The position numbers and the translations under genes were made by a program. 64,000 bases of DNA, taken from the NCBI GenBank assembly GCA_963815195.1, contig CAWFGE010000012.1:736001-800000 (forward strand), given 5' to 3'. Below, in pieces: positions 28,796 through 38,840 of the stretch (its first letter is position 1; each line of letters begins with the position of its first letter). The notes under the pieces were generated by a model, which was not told where the DNA came from, did no database searches, and saw only the letters and a program-made list of their open reading frames with translations. This DNA comes from an uncultured Planctomycetaceae bacterium (GTDB lineage Bacteria; Planctomycetota; Planctomycetia; Planctomycetales; Planctomycetaceae).

Positions 28796-29976
28796 TTTAT
28801 CCAGCGTTGTTTCTTGTCTTGGCGGCGGCTCCCCCTGCGGAAAAACCCGAGCCCAAGCCGCTTGTCATCCCCGCAAAAAGACACGCCGGCGACAATGCCC
28901 AGTCGGTTGCGATCTCGGCGGACGGCCGATACGTCGCGGCGGGGTTCGGCGGACCAAGCAATGGGCGTTTCCCTCTCAAGCCCAAGGGAGGCGGCGTTTT
29001 CGTCTGGGAGCGGGAAACGGGAAAGCCCATTTTCTCGCGGGGCGAATATGGGGATGTCGTCAAGGTTGGGTTTTCCGCGGACGGCCGATACCTCGCCTAC
29101 TCCCGCATCTACACGCCGGGCGATTCGGTCGAAGACGACGCCACCGTGGTGATCGATCTTCACTTGAAAAACGTGGTTCACCGCTGGAGGGCCGGGGCTT
29201 TTGCGATCTCTCCTGCGGAAGATCTCATGCTAATCGCCGGCCGCGAGATGGAGGTCTTCAATCTCAAAACCTTAAAGCCCGAACGGACTATTAATGTGCG
29301 CAGCGCGAGGGCGGTTGCGTTTTCGGCCGACGGAAAGTCCGCCGCGGCGGTGTGTTATTATTGGTCCAACAACCGCGGCTCGCCCACGGGACTGGCTGTC
29401 ATTCGCCCCAAAGAAGACAAGCCGCGTTTCCTGGTGAATGACGAATCGCTCCGGCAGGCTAGCGCGGTTGCCGTTTCCCCGGACGGCAAGCACATCGTCA
29501 CCGGGCACGTGGATGGCGTGGCGAAGATTTGGTCCGCTGAAAACCCCAAGAACCCCATACGGCTCGCGATCGACACGAACCTGGCCGTGTTTCCGTTCTT
29601 TGCCGACGGCGGAAAAACGCTGGTGCTGGCGACGCAGCCGGCGGGCGGCGTGCATTGGAACTACGACCGCGATGAAGCGTCGGGATTCGATTTCAAAAAG
29701 GAACAGACGCCGCCCTGGTCTTATCTGCACCGGTTCGATTTTCTATCGCAAAAGCCCCAGCGGGCCTGGCGGTTCGACGATGCTTCCTTCTCGACGTTTT
29801 ATGCACGCTTCGGCAGCGGGCGAAATTATCCGGAATACAACCCGGCCCGGTTCGCGGTGTCGAAAGACGGCAAATTTCTCGTCGCCGGCTGCAATGGATG
29901 CTCCGCCGTCGAGATGGCATCAGGAAAACTGGTGCAAGTTTTCGCGCCGCCCGATACCGCGTCTAAAACGGATTGA
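28792..29976 (+). CDS. Secreted WD40/beta-propeller protein
   Basis: Signal-like N-terminus; repeated AISADGRY, FSADGRY, VSPDGKH. Confidence 0.8.
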   Translation: MIYPALFLVLAAAPPAEKPEPKPLVIPAKRHAGDNAQSVAISADGRYVAAGFGGPSNGRFPLKPKGGGVFVWERETGKPIFSRGEYGDVVKVGFSADGRYLAYSRIYTPGDSVEDDATVVIDLHLKNVVHRWRAGAFAISPAEDLMLIAGREMEVFNLKTLKPERTINVRSARAVAFSADGKSAAAVCYYWSNNRGSPTGLAVIRPKEDKPRFLVNDESLRQASAVAVSPDGKHIVTGHVDGVAKIWSAENPKNPIRLAIDTNLAVFPFFADGGKTLVLATQPAGGVHWNYDRDEASGFDFKKEQTPPWSYLHRFDFLSQKPQRAWRFDDASFSTFYARFGSGRNYPEYNPARFAVSKDGKFLVAGCNGCSAVEMASGKLVQVFAPPDTASKTD

Positions 29977-29986
29977 GCCGATTGGA

Positions 29987-32493
29987 CTACCGCACGAACA
30001 GGAACTGCTTGGAGTTCATCAGCGCCCAGAGCAGATCCTCGTAGAACTCCTTGGGGTTCGGGCTTTGCTTTAATAGCTCCCGGCTGGCGGCTTGTTCCTC
30101 ATCGCTGGGCAATCGACAGAGAGCCGCGAGGTATAGTTCCTCCACGATTTCCTCGTGCGGTTTTTTCGCTTTGAGCAGCATCGCCACCCGGCCGTTCGCG
30201 TCGGCGATTTTTCCTGCGAGGATGTCGCCATTCAAAGTGTGCAGTGCCTGGGCGAGGTTTTCATCCGGCATGCGTTCGCATTCGCAGACGCTGGCCCGCC
30301 GGGGTTTGGCGAACGTCGTCAAAAAGTAATTCGGATACTCCGCATCCGGCAGTTCGATCGCCCGCGTGCCCACGGGGAGGCTCTTGAACTTCGTCTGCTG
30401 CCCCGTCACGGCATCGACCGCATCCAAGAGCGGCTCGGCGGCGATTCGCTTCACGTGGTAATGGCTGTAGAACTTGGAGTCCGCCCGGTTCGCGGGCGTG
30501 GGCAAGCTGCTCAGCTGATACAGCCGCGACCGCATGATCGTGCGAACTAAGTGCTTGAGATCATAACCGCTGCCGATGAATTCTTTGGTGAGCGATTCAA
30601 GCAGTTCCTCGTTGCTCGGCGGATTGGTGGCCCGCATGTCGTCGATTGGCTCAACCAGACCTCGGCCGAGCAGATAGCCCACATAGCGGTTGACCACCGA
30701 GCGGGCGAACTGCGTGTTCTCTTTGGAAGTCAGCCACTGGGCGAGCGGAATCCGCAGGTCGAGATCATGCGTGACCGGCTTGCCTTCGAGCGGCGTAGGC
30801 TCCATGACTTGTCCCGTCCGTGGATGCCGAACGCTCCCGGAGGATTTCACAAGCACGACCGACTCCCGCCCGAACAGTCCGAAGTCTTCGCTGTTCTTCG
30901 TGCCAACGCGGGAAAAGAACGCCGCGAACCCGTAGTAATCGCCTTGGCTGTATTTCTCGAACGGATGGTGATGGCACTTCGCGCACCCGAGCCTGACGCC
31001 GAGGAATAACTGAGCGGTGGACTCCGCAAGGTCGGTCGCATTGCCGTTGATCCGGTAATAGTTGGCGGGGCCGTTGGAGTAGATCGAACCCTTGGCCGTC
31101 ACCAGTTCGCGGACGAACTCGTCGAACGGGCGGTTGGTGCGGAAGGATTCCTTGATCCAATTGTGGAGTGCCCACATGCCCTGCTCGCCCAGGGTCTGGC
31201 TTTTATTCCCCAAGAGGTCGGACCATTTGAGCGTCCAGGTCGCGGCGTACTGGTCGTTGTAAATATCTTTCGCCGGGTCGCCGGTCAGGCCCAGGAGTTG
31301 GTCGATGATCTTGTCCCGCTTGCCGGGGTCATTCGAGGCGATAAACTCGCGGGTTTGCTCGGGCGTGGGCAGCGTGCCGATGGCGTCCAAGAATGCCCGC
31401 CGGAGGAATGTCGCATCATCACACAAGGGAGACGGCTCGAGGCCCAGTTCCTGAAACTTGGCCGAGGCGAGTTCATCGACGAAGTTTTGATTCTTCCAGC
31501 CGGCGAGTTCGACGGACTCCGCAAAAGGCACCACGAAAGTCGCCATGTCCGCCTGCCCCATGAACCGCACCATCACCGCCGCCTGCCCGCGGCCGCTGGT
31601 CGAAGCGAGGCCTTCCGGAGTGATCTGGACCACGGCATCGTCGAGCGTGTCGAACTTCGCCCACGCGGTCACGTCCCGCGTGCGGCCGTCGCTGTAAGTC
31701 GCTTCCACGCGGAGTTGCTGCGAGTCTTTCGGCGTGCAAATCCGCCGCCGGGGCGTGACGCGAATCGCCGTCGCCTTGGCGGCGTCTTTCGTCGGCGCGG
31801 GGGCACCGTTTTTGAGCCAGGCCGCGAGGATCTGGTAATCGACCGAGTCCTTGTCCAACCGCTTCCCGCCGCCGTGGGGCACTTGCATCGTGGGTTTGAG
31901 GAGGAACAAGACTGCGGTCCCCATCCAAAAAATTCACCCGCCGGCCTTGGCGGTCCCGCACGATGGCTTCGCGGTCTTTGTCGGGCTCAAAGGCGAACAC
32001 CGAGAGCACAAACCCGCCCTTGCCGTATTGGCTGGCATGGCAGGCCCCCATGTTGCAACCGGCCCGACTGAGCACCGGCGTGATTTGATCTTCAAATCCG
32101 ATCACAGGCGTCTCACTCACGCCCGCCACAGTCACCGGCACCGTCAAAGTTTGCCTGCCCGCTTTCACGGTCACCGTCGCTTCGCCATTGTTCCCCGCGA
32201 GCAACTGCCCGGCTGGGCTGACCGTGACGATTTTCGGATCCGAAGATTCATAACTCGCCGCATGCGTCAAATCCTTCGCCCGCTCGATGTGCTTCCTTCG
32301 CCGATCTGCCGCGCGACCAACTGCGCCGGGCAAAGTTCCCGTCAAGCTTCACGCCAGCCGGCAACACTTCGACGGCCTCCGCCGCGCGGGCTGGTGCCGT
32401 TGCGAAACCGAAGAACGTCAGAGATGCGATCAACGAAGCAACAAGGCGAGCGTGGAGCGTCAGCCCCATGATGTTCCGGGAACGTGCGAACAT
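29987..32493 (-). CDS. DUF1549/DUF1553 protein with N-terminal Ig-like domains; frameshifts near 32300 and 31920
   Basis: RAGCNMGACH, FLRRAFLDAIGTLPT, CAKCHHHPFEK, TNPPSNEELL, LLWALMNSKQFLF. Confidence 0.85.
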
Positions 32494-33718
32494 GAGAAAT
32501 CGCTCCGGGGATGAGCGGAGGGATGTTCGAGGGAGATCGGATTGGGAAAAATTGCAGATCGATTAAACAAACGCGAAACGATTTTCCGGCGGGATGGTTT
32601 TGCAATGGAAAGCTGTAAAGCGTTTCTCAATCATCGGACGGGGTTGTGAGATGCTTTGAATGAGTTGGCAAACTTCCATCAATTTTCTGCGCGGTCACCG
32701 AATCAAGACTGCATGACCAATCCGACACACCGACCGCAATTCGCTCGACGGGATCAGGCACCAGATATTGCGACACCAATTTCGGAGAGCGTGAAGATGA
32801 TGATGAACATGCGATATAGCCTTCAGCTACGGACCGTAAGCCTCACCGCATAAGTAAAGCGGCAGATGCGACATTTCGTTCCAAGTCTTTTTTATGCTTC
32901 ATGCACGGACTTCGAATTGCGTTCGAGGCAATGATCGAGATTAACCAACTCGCACCATGAAGTACTGAAGTGGGTTTTCAACGCGTAGGCACCGAAGGAA
33001 AGAGCAACTGCCTTCTTCGATCAGTTGTTCCACCACTTCGTGCTACGGCACGAGCTTGCACAGCGCTCCACTATGAGATTCGTACTTATGTGTCGTCTAA
33101 GCTCGAATTCGAATATCGACCACGGATCATCTGAAAGGTTGAGGAAACCAATTCGATCATTAATGCGGGATTGGTGGTCGAAGCCGTCATCCTCTGGCGA
33201 CATAATACATGATAGCATCCTATCCCGTTTCGCCTGTTTCACTGACGCAACGACGCTCCGAGCGAGAATTCCCGTACATCAGTAGGACATCACTCGACAA
33301 AAATCCAAACAATGTTGCCGATACTAGGGATTCCACGGATTCATTGGTCGAGAACGCCATCAAGGGGTATCACTGTCCCGAGACTCAGCGAATCTGCTCG
33401 GTGTTGTAGAAGTACATCATCCAAATGTCTGGGGGACGTTTTCCCGCCATAACAGATCGGATCACTTCTTCTGGACAACGAGACCGAAATCAAACCCATA
33501 AAAACCTATTATTGCGTCAACCGCCCGCCGATGCTATCTCTATGGTCCTCGGATTTTTTGAATCCCGGGAAGCCGGCAAATCCCCCAGACGACGTATTCT
33601 TGAGTATTGATTTGTTTGGGCATTGTGCTAAGCTATTTGATTGTCATAACCCGAAGCCTTCGCCGCCCGCATCGTTGATTCGCCCGACGCGCAAAAAATT
33701 GCGCGAGCTGGCGAATCT

Positions 33719-33798
33719 GAGCGGAAAGGCGCTAGCCTCCGGCCTTTTCGATGGGGATGGCGATATTTTAAGGCCGGCGGCTAGCGCCGTGCCGCTCA
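33719..33798. repeat. REP doublet of the GAGCGG...GCTAGC family
   Basis: gagcggaaaggcgctagcctccggcc ... ggccggcggctagcgccgtgccgctca; same family as the 26976 array. Confidence 0.8.
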
Positions 33799-33867
33799 AA
33801 ACCCACCACACCTGCCTCCACTCATCCCGCCGCCCGCCTCTCCCGAGGCGTTTTTGGAGCGTTTCTC

Positions 33868-35193
33868 ATGTTGAACTTTTGGCCGCAGTTGGACCGGACT
33901 TGTGAAGGAGTTTCCCGCCGCAGCTTTCCTGCAGGTCGGGGCGCTGGGCGGTTTGGGATTGGCTTTGCCGCAGCTTCTGGCCGCGCGGAAATTGCAGGCG
34001 GCTCCCTGCGCCGAGCACCGTCACGAACTGCATTCTGATCTGGACCCGCGGCGGCACGAGCCATCACGACACCTTCGACCCGAAGCCCGAAGCCCCCGCG
34101 AGCGTCAAGGGCGAGTTCGGCGTGATCGACACCGCCATCCCCGGCGTGCAGTTCACCGACATCGTCCCCAACATGGCCCGCGAACTCGGGCGGTATGCCC
34201 TCCTCCGCGGCTGGAATCCCAAAAACGGCAGCCACGGCTCGGCCGACCAGTGGGTCATGTCCGGCCGGCGGTTTAACCCCGCGGTCGCCTATCCAACTTA
34301 TGGGTCGGTGGTCAGTTATTACCACGGCTTCAAATCCGCGATGCCGCCCTTTGTGCAGTTGGGCGACAACGTCGATAACCGCTTCGGCGGCGGCACGTCC
34401 GGCGTGTTGGGCTTGGAGCACAATCCCTTCGCGATGCTCGCCGACCCCAACGCGAAAAACTTCAGCGTGCGGGACATCACGCCGCCTAAAGGCATCTCGA
34501 TGGACCGCGTGGACCGCCGGCGAAAGATGCTCTCTGTGATCGACGACTTGCAGCGGGAAACCGATCTCCAGCCCGCGGCGTTTGAGGCCCTCGACGAGCA
34601 TTACAAAGCCGCCCTCAACATGATCACCGCTCCGGAAACGAAAAAGGCCTTTCGAAATCGACTCCGAAGATCCCCAGCTCAGAGGCCGCTACGGCCGGCA
34701 CCGCTTCGGGCAAAGCTGTTTGCTCGCCCGGCGGCTGATCCAAGCCGGCGTACGGTTCGTCACCGTGACCGACGGCGGTTGGGACACGCACGCGAACAAT
34801 TTCAAATCCCTCAAAAGCAGCCGAATTCCGCCGGTCGATCAAGCCCTGCCGCAGCTGTTGATCGATCTGGAGCAGCAAGGCATGTTGGAGAGCACGCTGG
34901 TTCTGTGGCTGACCGACTTCGGCCGCACGCCGAAGATCAACTCCGCCAGCGGCCGGGACCACTGGGCGAGTGCCGGGTTTGCGATTATGGCCGGCGCGGG
35001 CATCCCCGGGGGCGCGGTGTTGGGCGAGACCGACGAAGAAGGCGGCCGGCCGATCCGTAACGAATACTTCAGCGAAGACATCGCCGCGACGGTTTACAAG
35101 AAGCTGGGCATCCCGACCGACCTTGTCGTCCAATCCCCCGACGGCCGCCCCGTCCGCCTCATCGAAGGCCACCCGATCCGCGAATGGACGTAA
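33868..35193 (+). CDS. DUF1501 domain protein; about three frameshifts
   Basis: FLQVGALGGLGL, GGTSHHDTFDPKP, LARRLIQAGVRFV, WDTH, DFGRTPKIN..GRDHW. Confidence 0.85.
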
Positions 35194-35359
35194 CACGCAG
35201 AGGCCGGGGATCGGAGGCCAGAACTTGCAGGGTGCGTCGCTCGCATTATCGGAACGGCCACCCAAGGGGCAAAACCCAAGAATTGACAAGCATTTCGTCT
35301 CGAACTACCTTAGCGGGATTGGAAAAGCGGGTTTTTAGCCCTGTCAGATGGGTGGTTCG

Positions 35360-36088
35360 ATGTCGGACGTTTTTGAGGCCGCGGACGAGCTCACGGTCCA
35401 GGATAAGCTCGAGCAATGCGAGGCGATGCTGCAGCATCGGTTTGTCGATCGCGAGCTGCTGGAAACGTGCCTGACCCACGCCTCCGTAGCCAAGACGCGT
35501 TTGCACTCCAACGAACGCCTGGAGTTTCTGGGGGACGCGATTCTGGGAGCCATCGTCTGCGAGATGCTGTTTCATCGCTTCCCCGAGGCGACCGAGGGCG
35601 AACTCACGCGGATCAAATCGTCGCTCGTCAGCCGCAACACATGCGCGGCCATCACGAAGGAACAGGGACTCGACCGCTCGCTGATCTTGGGAAAAGGCCT
35701 GAGCATGCACCACGAGATTCCCTCATCGATCATGGCGGGCGTGATCGAGGCCTTGGTCGCGGGCGTGTATTTCGACGGCGGCATGGAAGCCTGCCGGCGG
35801 CTCGTGGAGCGGTTGTTTTCCACGCGGATCGAGCAAACCACCCACTTCGACCGCACCCGCAACTTCAAAAGCCAGCTCCAACAGCTTTCCCAAAAATCCT
35901 TCGGCGAGACCCCCATCTACCAGGTCCTGGACGAAAAAGGCCCGGACCATTCCAAGTGCTTCCAGATCTCGGCGGTCATCGGCCCGCAGACGTTCCCCGC
36001 GGCGTGGGGCACGAGCAAAAAAGAAGCCGAGCAACGCGCGGCCTGCAACGCCCTCGAAGAGATCCAACGCAAACAGGCCGGGAATTAA
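35360..36088 (+). CDS. rnc: Ribonuclease III
   Basis: [13 protein letters not shown] signature and dsRBD ([25 protein letters not shown]). Confidence 0.96.
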   Translation: MSDVFEAADELTVQDKLEQCEAMLQHRFVDRELLETCLTHASVAKTRLHSNERLEFLGDAILGAIVCEMLFHRFPEATEGELTRIKSSLVSRNTCAAITKEQGLDRSLILGKGLSMHHEIPSSIMAGVIEALVAGVYFDGGMEACRRLVERLFSTRIEQTTHFDRTRNFKSQLQQLSQKSFGETPIYQVLDEKGPDHSKCFQISAVIGPQTFPAAWGTSKKEAEQRAACNALEEIQRKQAGN

Positions 36089-36151
36089 ACCGCCCCATCG
36101 TTGGCATTTTTGTGAGCGGCTGGGCGCTCGCCGCCGGCCTGTGAGCCGCTC

Positions 36152-36191
36152 AAAAAAAAGAAGCGGCCGGAATCTTCCAGCCGCTTCCTTT
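36152..36191 (-). terminator. Intrinsic terminator of the H1-like gene (possibly bidirectional with rnc)
   Basis: Minus strand reads gaagcggctggaagattccggccgcttc followed by T8. Confidence 0.75.
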
Positions 36192-36238
36192 GGATTGGAT
36201 TTTTGGTCGGTCAACGGGGACGAAAACGCCTGGGAAGG

Positions 36239-36433
36239 CTACTTTTTCGTTCCCGTCTTTTTGGCCGATTTCTTTTTAGCGGCCTTTTTCTTTTTAGCGG
36301 CTTTCTTTTTGGGAGCCGCTTTCTTCTTGGCGGCGGCTTTCTTTTTGGGAGCCGCCTTCTTCTTGGCCGCCTTCTTCTTGGGGGCGGCTTTCTTCTTCGT
36401 TGCGGTTTTCTTGGTTGCTTTTTTCTTGGCCAA
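36239..36433 (-). CDS. Histone H1-like Lys/Ala-rich basic protein (~64 aa)
   Basis: TTG start after GGAGG; tandem KKKAAP/KKKAAK repeats; followed by a terminator. Confidence 0.85.
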   Translation of the reverse strand: MAKKKATKKTATKKKAAPKKKAAKKKAAPKKKAAAKKKAAPKKKAAKKKKAAKKKSAKKTGTKK

Positions 36434-36972
36434 CGTAAGTACCTCCGAATGGAAACAAACGTGTGACCGTTCTTGCCGCTGAGCTACCGGGCTAATCAAG
36501 GCAAGGATCAGTCACCACACAAAACTCATCGAATCCGTTCAACGCTCTCCTTTGGAAGTCGTGTTTTGAGGAACGAATCCCTCGCCGCTCAAGCGGAAAT
36601 TGTGTCGGCCGATTTGGCCGGCTTGCTGGGTGAAGAGAAGGCAGGCAAACCAATCCGCATTGCCGTTTCCTTTCCCTCATTCCAACACACCGAATTTAAC
36701 CAAAACAAAAACCAAAACACAACATCCAAACAACTTCCATTAAATGAGAGTGATACTAAGTGCTTTCTTAAAATGTGCAAGACTTTTCTTATGAGTTTGA
36801 CGAACGAAACAACACGCCGAACCGCGCCGATCCTGCCGAAGAGAACGGCGGCCTCGCGCGCTGCGCGAAGCCGGCGAATGCGCCTTCGATCTTTTCGTCA
36901 AAGGATGGGAAATCAAAACGTTGATTTTCGCCTGGAAAATAAGGCATTTTTTTTGCCGCAAAAGCGAAGCCG

Positions 36973-37926
36973 TCAAAATGCCATGCCACGCGCTCTCGTC
37001 ATCATCGCATGAAGCGCATCGTTGAAAGACTGCGCGTTGGGGCGAAAAACTTTTTTCAAATTCTTTGCCAAATTTTTTTTCAGGCAGCGTTCAACCGACC
37101 CGTTCGCGCGGCTTTCGAGCGCGTCTTGCATGTTCGCGAAACTTTCTTTGGCGATCACTTCCGCCCCCGGCGAGTAATCGAAGACTTCCACCGACACCCA
37201 TCCCGCATACCCCGAACGGAGCAGCGCTTCGAAGATCGGCACGAAGTCCGTCTCGCCCATCCCCGGCCCCAACAGGTTCGTGTCGTTGACGTGGAAGTGG
37301 CCCGTCACGTCTTTGAAGCGGTCGATCAACACCGGGATCGGCTCCGCTTCCGCGCCGAGCATGGCTTTCACGTCCTGGTGCAAACAGAAGTTCGGCTCGC
37401 CGACCATCTCGATCAGCTCCACCGCCTCCGCGCACGTGTTGACGAAATCCGTTTCCTTAGGCGTCAACGGCTCCATGCAAATCTTGACGCCGCGGTCGGC
37501 GATCTTCGGAAGCGCGGCGCGGAACACCTCCGCCGCGTTCGCGTAGGCGGCTTCGCGGCTCAGACCCGGTTCCAGATTCCGCTGAAACGGCGAGCCGAAA
37601 ACCATCAAATCCCCGCCCAGGTCGGCACAGGCTTCCCCAAGCTCCACGAGGTAATCCGCCGTCGCCTTCCGCACCGGGGCATCGGCCGTGGTCAGATGCA
37701 GCCCCTCCGTCTTCGCGAGCAGCCAATGCAAACCGAGGATCGACAGCCCAAAATCGGCCGCCTGCTTCCGCATCGTCTCGCGAACGTCTTTCGGAACCTG
37801 CCCGATCCGCTCGGCCAGCATGAAGGGGGCGACCTCGATCCCGGTGTAGCCGGTCTCCGCGATAAACCGGCACTGCCGCTCCCAATCCCAATCGCCAAAT
37901 AGCTCGTGACAAATCGCAAATCTCAT
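36973..37926 (-). CDS. Sugar-phosphate isomerase/epimerase (xylose-isomerase-like TIM barrel); true 3' end uncertain
   Basis: MRFAICHE, GYTGIEVAP, ICMEPL, HFHVND, GPGMG, GWVSVEVF. Confidence 0.85.
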   Translation of the reverse strand: MRFAICHELFGDWDWERQCRFIAETGYTGIEVAPFMLAERIGQVPKDVRETMRKQAADFGLSILGLHWLLAKTEGLHLTTADAPVRKATADYLVELGEACADLGGDLMVFGSPFQRNLEPGLSREAAYANAAEVFRAALPKIADRGVKICMEPLTPKETDFVNTCAEAVELIEMVGEPNFCLHQDVKAMLGAEAEPIPVLIDRFKDVTGHFHVNDTNLLGPGMGETDFVPIFEALLRSGYAGWVSVEVFDYSPGAEVIAKESFANMQDALESRANGSVERCLKKNLAKNLKKVFRPNAQSFNDALHAMMTRARGMAF

Positions 37927-37975
37927 CGGGACGAATCTCCTCGGAAAAATCACCACGAAAAAGGGGGAAGGTTTA

Positions 37976-38093
37976 ACCACGAATCACACGAATCACACGA
38001 ATAAAATCCTCTGCTAACGGGCCGGATTGGTCTTTGGTGGCGTTGGAATCTCATTTTGCCTGCTTTATTCGTGTGATTCGTGTGATTCGTGGT
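37976..38093. repeat. Perfect 30-bp inverted repeat built from 9-mer ACACGAATC units, 58-bp loop
   Basis: accacgaatcacacgaatcacacgaataaa (37976-38005) and its exact reverse complement (38064-38093). Confidence 0.95.
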
Positions 38094-38106
38094 GCTCGCA
38101 TCCGGT

Positions 38107-38484
38107 TCAGCGGACGATGCGTTGATATTCCAGTTTTGGGAAGTGGCCGAAATTGACCAGCCGACCGAGCTTGTGCCCGGTTGCTTTCAGATAATTGTGC
38201 ACCTGGGCTTGATGCTCCTCGACGAGTTGCTTCACCGCTTTTATTTCGAGCACGATGCTTCCGAAGCACACGAAATCGGGAATGAGTTTCTGCTTTAGCG
38301 GTTGTCCTTTGTACCGAAGCTCCAAGTTGACCTGGGATTGGAAGGCGATGGCTCGGCTGGACAGTTCCCGTTCCAGGCATTCGTGATAGACGGATTCGAG
38401 AAATCCGCAGCCCCTCTCGTTGTAGACCTCAAAACACGCTCCGACGATCTCGTAACTTTCCTGCTTGAAAATGATTTCGGACAT
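38107..38484 (-). CDS. GxxExxY protein (PD-(D/E)xK-like)
   Basis: GCGFLESVYHECL, PDFVCFGSIVLEIKAV, HQAQVHNYLKATG..G.LVNFG. Confidence 0.92.
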   Translation of the reverse strand: MSEIIFKQESYEIVGACFEVYNERGCGFLESVYHECLERELSSRAIAFQSQVNLELRYKGQPLKQKLIPDFVCFGSIVLEIKAVKQLVEEHQAQVHNYLKATGHKLGRLVNFGHFPKLEYQRIVR

Positions 38485-38500
38485 GAGGGCGGCCCTTTCG

Positions 38501-38537
38501 ATTCGTGTCATTCGTGTCATTCGTGTGCTTCGTGGTT
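38501..38537 (-). repeat. 9-mer tandem repeat arm upstream of GxxExxY
   Basis: Minus strand aaccacgaagcacacgaatgacacgaatgacacgaat. Confidence 0.9.
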
Positions 38538-38840
38538 CTCCTCCTCCCCGTGCGAAGCCGCCGGGTGGGCGGGAGGCAACGGTTGTTTGGGGCGTTCCGA
38601 GGATAGCATTTCGCGCGGCTTGGTGCATCCGCCGGGCCGGGGACGGTTGGGTGCTGCGGGATGTAAGAGTCCCGCAACGCGCGGACGGAAATCCGGTCGG
38701 TGAACATGGGAAAACGCGGAAGGCTGGTCGAGTGGGGCAAACCTTCTTGACGACGTAAGAAAGGACGGGCAAGTCCTCGGACGGGCCGGCGTCTCGATGT
38801 CCTCAATCATCCGGTTGAACGCTTTTAGGGAAGCTTACTC

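Noticed and set aside
33070..33210. Faint resemblance of a short interrupted frame (GLVVEAVILW) to a Tn3 transposase C-terminus
   Set aside because: Too short, broken by stops, and no Tn3 terminal repeat was seen; likely chance.
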